DNA of 56,422 bases, filler included, from Sphacelaria rigidula (taxonomy: Eukaryota), in assembly GCA_964200075.2 (NCBI GenBank). It is 7 parts of 7 records of this genome, joined end to end, with 100 filler letters (N's around TTAATTAATTAA, not from the genome) between each part and the next. Parts side by side here need not be neighbours in the genome. Positions count along the whole stretch, not along the records: positions 8,077 to 16,051 come from CAXNAA020012780.1; positions 16,152 to 24,126 come from CAXNAA020012781.1; positions 24,227 to 32,200 come from CAXNAA020012782.1; 4 more parts are not named here. One strand, 5' to 3'. The notes beneath the pieces are model-generated. The model did no database searches, was not told where the DNA came from, and saw only the letters and a program-made list of their open reading frames with translations. This document shows positions 12,966-24,294 of this stretch, piece by piece. Made by a program: the position numbers and the translations under genes. The first letter of the stretch is position 1, and each line of letters opens with the position of its first letter.

Positions 12966-13174
12966 ATGGCCGAGGGAACGACCAGGTGGATAGATAACAA
13001 TGTCAAGCTCAGGGGCGAGCCGATGTGCGCCAAGGGGAGCGACGGTGGCGAGGGTCGCTGGCGGGCAGAGCAGCAAGCAATGATTGATGCCCTGAGCTCC
13101 GAGCTTCTCGACGTGCAAATGTCCGTCCGTGACTACGAGGAGAGGTTGGCTGAGCTGTACGGGACGGAGGATCG
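12966..13174 (+). CDS. Probable coding exon of a coiled-coil protein (3' boundary uncertain)
   Basis: ccaccATGG start context. MAEGTTRW...EQQAMIDALSSELLDVQMSVRDYEERLAELYG is heptad-like. An upstream pyrimidine tract and acceptor lie at ~12806. Confidence 0.45.
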
Positions 13175-15068
13175 GTCAATGTGGACGGGAACGCCGTCGC
13201 TACTGGTGAAAAGAAGCCTTGTTTGTGTCCGAATGGTGGCGGGGAGGGGGTGGCAACGCAAGTGACCCACGTATTGCACGCTTTTTGTGTTTTTCTATGC
13301 AGCACTTTTTTTTTTTTACATCGTTTTGTTGTTCTTTCTTTTAATTGCTCTGTACTTTCCTCTTCGTTTCCTTCTTGTTTCAGGTCGGCTATTTTTTTCT
13401 GTTCTTTGCTTGTGTTGACTTTTTTATCACCTTTTTTTTTGGTTACGACTTAGTCTGCTATGTCGTTCTGTTCGACCCCCCCCTTTTTTTTTTTTTGTTC
13501 CTTTTTTTTCTCACAGCGTGTTTCAGTTTCGTTTTTCTTGGGGGTCGGTTAAAGTGCGACAATCAATCAATCAATTGATCAATCAGCACCGTGTTCCTGT
13601 AGAGCTTGTCCCGAAGGTGATTCTATTCAAGGTACGGGTGTGCAAAGGCATACGGCATACTCAATTCAAAATGTCCTAAATAAAGTATCAAGTATGCCTA
13701 TAGTTCATGTAGTACAAGTACTACTTTTTTTTCTTGTCCTTGGAGGAGGACATCTCACCTAACGGTTACCCCGCAAACGGATTCGTGTGCCGGTTACCCC
13801 AAGGCTCGGTTAAACCGCCTCACGGCAGTCATGTGACGTGGTCGCCTCGAGCGTTCGGAAAGCTTTGCTCAAGGTAGTGTGGGAGTTGAACACACTAAAA
13901 AATCCCTGCACGGGAAGGAAGTGGAAGTAAGCGTCCTGTGGGTGAGGTATAATTGTTCTTCATGTGTCATTGTACCCCGACGCGTGCTTCCCTGATGGTG
14001 TATGAGAACTTTTACGGTGCCCGTTAATATGCCCCAATTCTACAGGAAGAACCCACGAGAAACGCACGCACGAAGCCATGTAATGCTATGATCGTACTCG
14101 TTAGACACAGTATGTTGGTGGAAAATACCCACAGCTATTTCACGTGCGGGGTAGGCTGCTACGTGACCATTTTCGAACCGGGCGGCAGAAGAGAAAATAT
14201 CCTACGTGAGCTGTTGAGTGTTCGTATTGTGAACCGGATGGCAAAAGTGAAAATTGCCACGTGACTTTGAATTGGTTCAGGAATATTGACAAATGAAAAA
14301 TACGCGTTTTTCTTACACGGGTCTTGTGGAGAGCCTATTCGCAAATATCACGGAAGAGAATAACTGACTGACTGCAATGTCGCCGAGAAGGAACAGGCGA
14401 AGTTGGGCAAAATAGACACCTGTCACCATTGTTCAACTCTTTCATTTTGTGAGCAACGCGCCGCAATACAAGACTACTTCTGCACGAATAACTCGTGTCT
14501 GGCCCTAAGTAAACTCAGCAGGATCAAAGAAGGACGTGACAACCTCAGCCTCCCGGCTTGCGTAGGTCGCGTGCGCGTCGGGAAAAGCTATCCAGGCAGC
14601 AGTAGTTACGTACAAAACCGCAGATCCTGACATTTTCTTTCATATTTTTGTTGGTATCTGTGTGGATTGTTTCTGGGTCCGAGTTATTTTATGATTTTCT
14701 TTTACCCTACCTTGGGGTTGTCAGCCTGTGACCACGGAAGGCGTCCGCATCAGATGCCCAGTACAGAGTACTGCGCAGATATCTGCGCTGTTTTTTATGT
14801 GGAGACAACAACAGGAACTCGACCTGACCCCCCAGGGGTCCAGCCGTGATCATATGATGGACATACTCGAGACGAAACAAAAGTGACACACTCGCTGAAG
14901 AAAAGTGAAAAAGGTATAAGAGAAGTTGCAACAGGAGAGCATAAAATACTAAGAAGGAAGAAAAAGGGGGTGGAACATGAAACAAAAATAGAAAGCGAGA
15001 GGTGCAAGCTTTTCTGACCTACCTCTCTTGCCTGCCTCTTCTTTTCTTTTTCCCTGTCATACGAACAG

Positions 15069-15269
15069 GCTGATCTTCAATCCGCTGGGGGGCAAGTAGA
15101 TAGCTTGGAGAACGAGGTGGCTCATTTGCGACAGCGACTTCACGCCGTCAGAGAGATCGATGACTCCTTCGAACGCCGTGGCGACAACAGCAGCTCTAGT
15201 CCCTGTGGTGGAGAGGGGGGCGGCATGGTGGCATCGTGGGTTGGAGAATCTCCGCTCAGCCGACAGAAG
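15069..15269 (+). CDS. Internal exon, coiled-coil protein
   Basis: Long polypyrimidine tract + cag| acceptor, AAG|gt donor, 201 nt open in phase 0: ADLQSAGGQVDSLENEVAHLRQRLHAVRE... Confidence 0.6.
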
Positions 15270-15574
15270 GTGCTATTTACGATTGGTTGCTCCTGTGCTG
15301 GGCATGTGTGCTCCTTTCCAGTTGGCCGTGGGGATGCAAGTTGTGCGTGCGTGTGGTCTTGTGCAGTCTGTAAATTGTAAACTTCGCTGTATTTTTTTTA
15401 TGGAGGGGGGAGAGGGGGGGCGTTGTTACCTTTTGCGTGTTTGGGGTAAGAAACGCTGTGCGGTCAAGAACTGTGGTGTCGCCTGAGTGTGAACGAGTAT
15501 GTGCGCTTGTGGAATATTGAGCCACCTCATGCTGTGGAGGGAGTGTACTCATGGTCTTGCATATCATGCTGTGG

Positions 15575-16045
15575 AGGGGGGGGGGTGTACTCATTTGTTG
15601 GTTGCCTTGGCCATTTCAGGAGGTTTCAGGAGCATCGCTTTCCCGGCAGTGTATTTGACCATGACCACGCATTCCTTTCGAGACGGAGCGCGTTCCTACT
15701 CGTGATGGAGACGCTGTGGAGAGGGCGAGGGGGCGGGGGACGCCCTCATTTGTTGCTCCCCTAAGTCATTTGACCATTGACCACATTTCTTTCGAGGCGC
15801 GGCACCGTTACTGTGGAGGCGGGGGGGCAGTACAGCACAGCACGATATGCTGTTTCTCACGTGTTGATGGAACTTGAACGTGACTTCACTCGTTCATCAA
15901 TTTCATGCATGCACGGGGGAATCCTTGCTACCTCTACTCTGTTGCGGAGTCATCCTACGATAGGGGGGGGGGGGGGGGGGCCTCACGTGTTGTTTGCCTT
16001 GGTGGTTTGGCCTTTGACCCAGCACCCCTTTCGAGGCGGGGGAAG
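15575..16045 (-). mobile_element. Cluster of three degenerate copies of the poly(C)-tailed ~65-nt element
   Basis: G-run + ctcatttgttg...tttgaccattgaccac...tttcgag at ~15575, ~15735 and ~15963. Confidence 0.7.
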
Positions 16046-16051
16046 GAGCAA

Positions 16052-16151
16052 NNNNNNNNNNNNNNNNNNNNNNNNNNNNNNNNNNNNNNNNNNNNTTAAT
16101 TAATTAANNNNNNNNNNNNNNNNNNNNNNNNNNNNNNNNNNNNNNNNNNNN
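16052..16151. other. Artificial contig linker
   Basis: Same N44-TTAATTAATTAA-N44 spacer. Confidence 0.98.
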
Positions 16152-16427
16152 GGGTGCCTCACCATTTAAACACGACGTGGTACGGTCATCCCCGTTGTGC
16201 GGAGTGGAGTTCTTCCACGCCGCACAACATGATCTAGCTCGACTGCCATCATGGTTACCGCAAAAAATTCGCGCCGAAAAAACAGTAACCTGGTTGCCAA
16301 GCGTACGCAGTGAGTGGCGTGTTTTATAGCGTCATCGCCAAGCGACGCAAACCCCATCGGGGGTCCGCCCCTACAAAGCCGGGACGGAGCACGCCGGGTT
16401 CTCGCCGGACCAGGTTACGCTACGCCA

Positions 16428-16503
16428 GGGGGGGGGGAGCATACTCAATTGTTGCTTGCCTTAGTCGTTTGACCATTGACCACGCATCGCTTTCGAGACG
16501 GAG
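16428..16503 (-). mobile_element. Poly(C)-tailed ~65-nt element
   Basis: G-run + catactcaattgttgcttgccttagtcgtttgaccattgaccacgcatcgctttcgagacggag. Confidence 0.8.
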
Positions 16504-16880
16504 CATCGTTGCTACTCCACATAGAGACACCTCCAGCATTTGGGCGCTCATTAGGTTTCTTCCATAATCACACATTTTCTTTTTTTATATCTCATCCCGT
16601 GCCTGTTTCGCCGTCTGTGACCACCACTTACCTATAGCAATCGTTTTCTCGCTACTACATAATGATCTAACATACCGAACGGTTTCATACCACCGTCGTT
16701 TAGTTCCTTCCTGACTGCGGCGGCTGGAGTGGGGGAGTGAGCTTTAAAGGGGACCACAAGTTGTATTTCTGGGTGACTAACAACAACAAGACTTGATTGA
16801 AAAGGGGCTTTACGTTGACAGTTTTGCCCGCTGAACGCGGTGGATGATGTGGTACGATGCCCCCCCTTGCCGTTGATCAC

Positions 16881-17057
16881 CTTAAAGCTGTACTTTCCCG
16901 GCACGCAGAAAAGGAATACGCCCGTTCGTACCACGTGCTCCGCTTGGTGTCGCTTCCTATCCTTTGCCATCACCATATTTTCGCAGCCCTCCCACACACA
17001 GTGCATCAGTCGGTGGTCACACAGCTCGTGCTCGTGCTCTATCCGTTCCTCTTCTGA
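16881..17057 (-). CDS. TRAF-type zinc-finger protein, exon 6 of those visible
   Basis: cgcag| ... AAG|gtgatc, 177 nt in phase 0: SEEERIEHEHELCDHRLMHCVWEGCENMVMAKDRKRHQAEH...PGKYSFK. Confidence 0.85.
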
Positions 17058-17869
17058 CTGCGGGAACGAACAAACAGGAAGAAAATCGAGGACAAGATTG
17101 ACTTATTTTCGATCCGATGAATGCGCACGGGGTGAAGCATATTCGCTACAACTATCAAGCATCTACACGACTCTTTGGGATCTCCCACGTGCATCAGCGA
17201 CGAGGACGACATCTTAAAGACAATCGGGAACGCATGCTTACCAAACAGGGTGACGCCGCAACCGCTGAAGAAGAGACTTCACAGTGCGCGCTTGCAGTTT
17301 AACGAAGCAGAGGTTTTGTCGCTGCAGTATTAAACGATAGCTACGTTAGTTGTGTTTTGCCCTTTGTTGCATTCCGTTCATATACTCCGACATCGCCTTT
17401 ACTAACTCGTAAGCTACTTGTGGACTGTTCGTAAACGGGAGTTATTCTCACTTTCCCGTTATCCCGTTCTTCAACTCGTGGCCGTCCGCTTTTGCTCGTC
17501 CGGGTAACAAGGATGCCCACCCAATGATGACAACCCCTCCCCGCGATTCGCTCCCAATGTACTACCTCAACGATGCTCCTAATGTGATCACAATCACTCT
17601 GGATTAGGAACAGGCAATGAGTACCTGAATTCCGTACGTCTATAACAACATGTCGGTTCAAACTACTCGCACTGTTTTGAGTCGCTTGGTTGACCACTTC
17701 GAGTTCATGAGGACAGATAGATGTGCACCACCTGCGTTTTGGACGTGATGTTGGTATCTACGTACGAATAGACTAGGTCACAGTAGTGGTTTATCATCAA
17801 GTCATGGCAACAAGTAACAGTAAACTAACTGCAGGCCAGCTTTTTTTGTCGTTTTATTCAACACCGCAC

Positions 17870-18005
17870 CTGCAGCATTCGATGAAGGCCTCCATAGAAC
17901 TCTTCTCCGCAGCCAAGCCGGCACAATATGGGAGGAAACGGCCGCTTGACGCAGAGAACCTTCATGTGGTGCACTAGCTCTTCAAACGGCAACCACTCTC
18001 CGCAT
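17870..18005 (-). CDS. TRAF-type zinc-finger protein, exon 5
   Basis: ctgaag| ... CAG|gtgcgg, phase 2 to 0: CGEWLPFEELVHHMKVLCVKRPFPPILCRLGCGEEFYGGLHRMLQ. Confidence 0.85.
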
Positions 18006-19529
18006 CTTCAGAGAACACAAGCACAAAAAAACGAAATATAGCAAAAACAAATACACGTGCGTTACTGTGGATTCCCGTAGAGAGTCGGTCAGGAGAGCGT
18101 CGATGACATTTCCGGTCTTCGCCTTTCGACTCTTTCTTCACAAGATTTAAGAAACCGATTCAATTTCTCACCCTAATCGGTCAACAAAACAAAGTAAAAG
18201 GCCAACTGGGTTCTGTCGACCCTATTGTGAAAGAGCGACTGGGTCTCCGTATATCTAGGACAGGGCATCGTACAGTCGTATTCCGGGATTTTTTTATTTT
18301 ATTTATATGAATGTTTACCAGGGTTGGGCGTCGAGATAAGGCGCACCTCGTGTTTGATGATGCCGAAACTTGAAGGGTATGTTGGCCGGTACCCCAGCCA
18401 GGTGTCGAAGTATCAGTTTCAGTGGTGCAAGGCGCTGAGGGCGCGGTGTACGTATAACGGTAGATACCACCATTGCGCATATATTGTTTCTGGTCAGCAT
18501 TTGCTGTATGATGAAAGTAATAGGGGACACGATATCAAACGGGCACGCCGGTAGCAGCGCATTCTGCCAGCCGTGTCATGAATCTCCGCCCGGTTGAAGG
18601 ATGAACGCTCGAAGAAACACAGCTACGAAGCGCTCCTTCGACTCAGTTTTATATCTGAGGGTCAGGGTCTGAACGTTCCCACTCCAAGTTGCATGACAGC
18701 TCTAGGCTAATCTCCTCTCGCAAGATTAGCGGGCTCTGCCAAGGGCCTTTGCCGGCCTTCCTGGCAACGGGGCAACGTTCCCTTGCAGACAGTACGAGAA
18801 CTTCTGGACTGGGCGTGCTGACAGTCTGGTAGCCACGGGGGTGGGTGTTGTCGTATCATTCCCCCGGTATCAATTTAGAATGAAGAATGGGGCCGTTCCG
18901 GTTACGTGAATATTTTGGTACTAGACAAACTTCAAGTTCGCCCAGGTCTTGCGGAGTATTTTTTCTTCCAAAACATGTTCTCCTCTTGGCAAAGTGACTA
19001 GTTATGTAATGGATGTGTAAGCCTAGTTCAACGGCAGACACGGTCAGCAACAGTAATCCTTTGCACAGAGTGGTGTCTTGGGCTCTGAAAACGCAGTACT
19101 AATTTAGCCATTAAGTCCCGAACAGGGGCAGGTTTTGAGTAGCAACTACTTGCGATCTGTGCGGTAAAGTTTGTCCTTCGTCATGTTGATACCTCTGTCG
19201 CTGATCCAAGCCTGCTGTGCCAGCTGTCCGTGCCGATTGTGATGACCTCTCTTTCAACGATGCTTTCTCCTCTGGGCTCAATATAGTTGGTACTGTGGAA
19301 CATGACTACTTCATCTCCAGCACGACAGTCGGTGTCACGTCCTCAGCACACAGACCTACACGTTTCTCGGGGGAGCTATCGCGGGATCACTCTAAGATAC
19401 TCACAAGAGATCTGGCGTTGTCCACCAAATGGCTTTCCCTCATGTACTCAGTAAATCGCATATTTGTGGACCCGGGTCTTCAACATATAGTTAGACACAG
19501 GGAGCGATCCCACGATCGGGGTACCGGAG

Positions 19530-19618
19530 TGGGGGGGGTAGGGGGGGGGCGTACGCATTTGTTGCTTGCCTTAGTCGTTTGATCATTGACCACGCATCGC
19601 ATCCCTGTCGAGACGGAG
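19530..19618 (-). mobile_element. Poly(C)-tailed ~65-nt element (intronic)
   Basis: G-run + cgtacgcatttgttgcttgccttagtcgtttgatcattgaccacgcatc...gagacggag. Confidence 0.8.
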
Positions 19619-19969
19619 CACCACACTCCGGGAGAGAACTCAGTGCATCGCGATACGCACTGGTTGGTGGAACATGACATAACTGAGCCTTGTTGGTCGA
19701 CTTTAACCACACGACAAGAGGTATAGAGCCAGTCCCCCGCACACAGCACCCCCGTGAACATCAGCAGGAACGCTTAGTATGTACTTGAACTCAGGCACCC
19801 TACTACACAGTCTCGACAGCCTGATGAGGTCCGTAGGGCGCGACGTGGCTGTATCCTGCAAGTCGGAAATGGAGGTGTTTATCTCAATTGCAATTGGTAT
19901 GGTGGGCAATAAGACCGGGTTCCACACGTGAGCATTTCACACGAACATATTTAGTCATCCGTAATATCA

Positions 19970-20066
19970 CGGGGGAGAGATGGGCTAACCCCTTGAGACC
20001 ACGGACTCGTCCCGAGTAAGGGGAAGGGCTCAAAAGTGCGACAACATATGTATATATATATATATA
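19970..20066 (+). mobile_element. 3' fragment of SINE family 2 with (TA)n tail
   Basis: ggggagaga...cccttgagaccacggactcg...aaagtgcga matches 51163-51234. Confidence 0.65.
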
Positions 20067-20297
20067 GTTACAGTGCGACAATGAAAAAAAATCAAATCAT
20101 ATATATACATGTACCGCACGGCGCAGATCGACCAGCGTGTGCAACCATTCGAATCGTAAAAATTAGATGGGCACGCCTCCGCACGTGATGCACAGCCAGA
20201 CCGACCGGAACGTCTCCTCCATGAGCCACCCCAACGTGGGATGACTCCCGGACCAAGTACACATGCGTGTGAAAAATGCGGAAACTACCGTCCTTAC

Positions 20298-20494
20298 CTC
20301 TGGCCGCAGGGAACTAATCTTCTGGGACATTCCTGCTCCTCATGATGCTGCTGTGTGGGCACAGCGGGGTTCGGCAAACTGGGGCTCAGCCACTCCTCGT
20401 CTCTCATCCTTTTGCCGCATCCCAGCTCGCAAGGTAGTATGCGTTTCACACATTGCTCAGTCTCGTGGAAGAATTTCTCTTGTCCCAGCCGGAC
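20298..20494 (-). CDS. TRAF-type zinc-finger protein, exon 4
   Basis: cccag| ... AG|gtaagg, phase 0 to 2: VRLGQEKFFHETEQCVKRILPCELGCGKRM...HHEEQECPRRLVPCGQ. Confidence 0.85.
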
Positions 20495-22170
20495 CTGGGT
20501 AGGTACGTGCGTTCGTTCAAACAAGATCACGTGCGTCCCTGTTTGCTTGTGCGTAAGGCCGTGCAAGTCCGTCGTCCTTCATTGTTCATTTTCAAGGCTA
20601 TCTATGTTTCCCATCTGTAACGCCGCATGCTGTTTTTTTGCCGCAGTGTTTTTTTCGTGTTTCGCGAGGAGTTAAATACCTCTCAAAAGCAGTGCATCAT
20701 CACCCCCCTACTCCCGTCGTGCAGTTCCAAAAGGGGCGGGAGGTAACCTCCATCCAGGCAATTAAGCTGTCAGACGCAGTCAGACGTCGAATATGACTCC
20801 GGCTCATTTGATGAGAGTCTATGATTGGACTCGAAGTGAGAATATCTACCGGTAGAATAGTGACAAGTGTTGACCTTGGGTCAGGGAACCGATTTGATGT
20901 CTCGGTCGATGAAAAGAGGTCTGCTGAGTCACGGAGTTGCTCGGAGGCCGCCTTACACCTCAGATCATGCCGCGGCAGGGGCTGCACGTTTGGGTCCTGG
21001 TCATTCTCATTGAGGGGCTGCTTATCTTAGGAGCTACACAAGAATACGGGTCAGGACATTCCCGTTTGAACATTCATTCGCGATATTCCTAGCCCATTGG
21101 AGTGCTAACCGTTACAGGCTCTCACATATTTCATAAGTCGCTTTTTGGACGAAAGAGAGGGCTCCTAACAATTCAAACGTGAGAAATATTTTGTACAAAC
21201 CTACTGTGGCATCACTTTCCCATAGAATATGACTCAGGTCACTACTGAATCCCTATGCGCATCTCTCTAGCGAGTGTCCCGACTGTTCAATTTGGGTAGG
21301 TCTATCTTGTGACCACAGCTTGATAGTGACTTGCGGCGGATCATTAATGCTGACGTACGGCGACCAACAAACCAATGCCATCATTCAATCAATCAAGCGG
21401 GTCACTCACGCATGCAGCTCCGGTATTTAGATGTAGAGTGTATTTAAACTGTTTTTCGGTGGCATACCAAGTAGGATACATAGCATGTGTCCAGGGACAC
21501 GTCATGCAGACACCGAGTGCGGGTAATTTTATGCACATGCGGCACACAGTAGACGTCATTATTCCACTTGAAGGGGGGGAATGGGGGGGGGGGGGGGGGG
21601 GCTGCGATATGACTAACTCTTGAATATTTATCAATAAAATACCTAAATTGTGGTGCCATCAGAGGCCCTTTCCCCTCAAAAATGTACATAGAGGCATGGT
21701 GATTCCGTTGACGGCTCAGTGATGGTATATTCTACTGAATAATTTCTCCTTAAAGGAGCGCATAGCGTTTGATGAATCCTCTAGATAATTACGGACGCAC
21801 GCTGCGGTAAACCGCAGAAAATGACACGCGGTTATGAACAAACAACACCACAGAGATAAGGACAACATAGTTTCGGCGATATGCAATACTAAGTAGAACC
21901 GTACGAAATGTGTTCAACATACACGCCTGGCTGCCGTCATTGTTGTAAAAGCTGCAAGCATCTCGACAACACCGACGCTGTACGGACAAAGCACAACATG
22001 TGTCTCCACCAAACGTTCTCGCGCAAGATAGGTCGAGCGACACGTCGTTCATGTGGCCGGCAGCACCGCATGTGTCGAGATCCTCACGGATACAAACGCG
22101 CCCGGATCCCGCTAAAATCCGGTGTTGATAAACAGCATCTTGCGGCAGTACATTCAAAATACGGCCTTAC

Positions 22171-22267
22171 CCATGCCCGACAGCCCCACTCGCAAGCCAC
22201 GAATCCGTCCGCCTGTCGGGTCATGGCCATGTGCAACATGCGGATCAATCGACGCCGATGCGCTGTT
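22171..22267 (-). CDS. TRAF-type zinc-finger protein, exon 3
   Basis: ctaatag| ... TGG|gtaagg, phase 2 to 0: TAHRRRLIRMLHMAMTRQADGFVACEWGCRAW, completing a C-x3-C...H...C finger with the next exon. Confidence 0.8.
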
Positions 22268-22391
22268 CTATTAGAAAAAAGTAAACCACATGCGGCAGGC
22301 GTGGAAGGGAGAGGAATGCGGCGATACGTATGGCGTAGTATAAGGACCTTGCTGAGAAATTTCGCTCTGAATGAATCCTATTATAGTATAG

Positions 22392-22422
<31 letters not shown>
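22392..22422. repeat. (AGT)n microsatellite
   Basis: About 10 direct units. Confidence 0.95.
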
Positions 22423-22783
22423 GTGGCTTTAGTCGCATCTATACGCGCGCGGCTGCTCCTGGCCATTCACTGACTTCCAAATGCTACACATGTGGAGATA
22501 CTTACAAAAGAAGGAAACGCACTTTCCACAATCGTATCATACAACGAAGTTCACGCCTGAAGTTTTCTACCACAAAGATAAATTTGAAGTCTGTATACAG
22601 CTGACAGTACATCCGCATTCTGAACTGAGGCAAGTAATAACACACTTTCAGTATTTTGGGCGACGCCCGCTTCGAGAAATCTGTAGCGTCCTTTACCATA
22701 AAAAACCATTGAGTATGTCTGCAGCGTTCTGGAATATGATCAATTCAGGTACATCTGCGATGATCCGGTTTACGGCTATGGAC

Positions 22784-22881
22784 CTGGGTGATGTCATCCC
22801 GTCTTCCCTGGCCTTGAGGCTCCTAGCCAGCACCTCTGCACGAAGGGAAACTTTGTTCTGCGCTCGCCGCCTCAGGGGCTC
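22784..22881 (-). CDS. TRAF-type zinc-finger protein, exon 2
   Basis: ctgcag| ... AG|gtccat, phase 0 to 2 matching the next exon: EPLRRRAQNKVSLRAEVLARSLKAREDGMTSP. Confidence 0.7.
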
Positions 22882-23754
22882 CTGCAGAACATGATATTCA
22901 ATAGAGCAAAACATAGCAGTATCAGATATATGGATGCGCATGAGGAAATGTGCACCACGTTTTGTCTCTCCACCTACTCGTGCTATCAAGGTGGCTATTG
23001 ATGGTGTTAATATACGCCGCTAGACCACTATTCGCTTCACTCCCTCCCCCTTGACCCTCTTGGAAAGATGAACTATCATTGGGTTAGTTTACACCTCTTG
23101 CCGGCGTGGACAACGTTGGCATTAGTTTTCGGCTCTCTATCGAGCGGGGTATTCCATGCCGTCTCCCTATTCATGCCGTTTTCTCGTGTGTTAGTGTCGT
23201 GTATCCTAGTGTAGTGATATCTGATGCTCTACCATGTGCAGAGCTGTGTCTCCCAATACACGAACGTCTAGGGCCGAATCTATCAAGAGTAGGGCGGCCC
23301 GTGCACTGCGCCAAATTGACGAGAGGTTTTGGTGCGTCTGACCCCCCACACTACCTTGAGTAAAGCTGGCCAACGCCTGAGGCGCCTAACCCACATGACT
23401 GCCGCGAGGCAGTCTAGCCGAGCCTCCGGGTAATTGGCACACGAACCCGCTTGCGGGGTTACAGTAGTGTTGGGTCAGGTCTCCTCCTTCCTTCAAAGAA
23501 AAAAAAATGAAGGTCGTGTTTCCTGATGCACTTGCGTCGAGTCTCCCAGTGCACCAATGTCGAGCATTCGAGTGCCCTAATACCGTATGTCCTACTTCCC
23601 GGATAAAAAATGTCGAATTCCTAAAATAAGTGTATCAATGTTGTATTATACTTCCTTTGTGTGGAAACATGCGGGTGTTAACGCGGGAGGTACTGTTGGT
23701 GTTCGTGATTGGTGTCGCATTCTCCACACTAGAATTCAATCCAAAAATACTCGC

Positions 23755-24093
23755 CGGTTCTTCGTCCTTCTCCGGCACCGATCTCATGTCTTTGGCATCG
23801 TTTCCACTTCCTGTCGCCAAAACGCCCCCCTTTTCTGCAAAATTCTGGTCGCCCCACTCAGCAGTCACGGTTTCCTCTGCAGTAGGTCCAGACTGTTGCC
23901 GTGTTCTTCCTTCACCGTCGGTGGAAGGGGCGTTTTCCAGGGCGGGGGCGTTTCTACTCTGTCCCCTGGTTTCGGAAGTTGGACTATCCGTGGCTTGCAA
24001 TTTCTTGAGATTTCTGTCGTGCTTTCCGCGTTTTTTGTCCCTTTTATTTTTCACTCTAGCAGCCAACTTTGTAGCTTGTATCTCTTGGCTGAC
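23755..24093 (-). CDS. TRAF-type zinc-finger protein, first visible exon (donor uncertain, possibly GC)
   Basis: tggcag| VSQEIQATKLAARVKNKRDKKRGKHDRNLKK...KDEEP, 339 nt, candidate donor CCG|gcgagt. Confidence 0.6.
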
Positions 24094-24126
24094 CTGCCAA
24101 ATTATGCCGAAACGTAAGTGCGCCAT

Positions 24127-24226
24127 NNNNNNNNNNNNNNNNNNNNNNNNNNNNNNNNNNNNNNNNNNNNTTAATTAATTAANNNNNNNNNNNNNNNNNN
24201 NNNNNNNNNNNNNNNNNNNNNNNNNN
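24127..24226. other. Artificial contig linker
   Basis: Same spacer. Confidence 0.98.
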
Positions 24227-24294
24227 GGGAATCGAACCCCCCAACTCAACCATCAGAAGGTTACGAGGTCACCAACTGAGCCACCGGGGCGACC
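24227..24294 (-). mobile_element. tRNA-derived SINE family 1 head (cut by contig start)
   Basis: Reverse complement gccccggtggctcagttggtgacctcgtaaccttctgatggttgagttggggggttcgattccc. Confidence 0.75.

Noticed and set aside
18315-18530. Possible copia RT remnant (TRNNI...LKLILRHLAG...PYLDA) inside the zinc-finger gene intron
   Set aside because: The resemblance to TRxDI...KxxLRYLxG...YSDA is too weak to support without a profile search.
20700-20987. ORF as an extra exon of the zinc-finger gene
   Set aside because: Exons 22171-22267 and 20298-20494 join directly to complete a finger, and the best acceptor here leads to a stop in that frame.
22695-22783. Extension of exon 2 to the TG|gtaaag donor
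   Set aside because: Joining it to the next exon would create TGA, whereas the upstream AG|gtccat donor keeps the frame.
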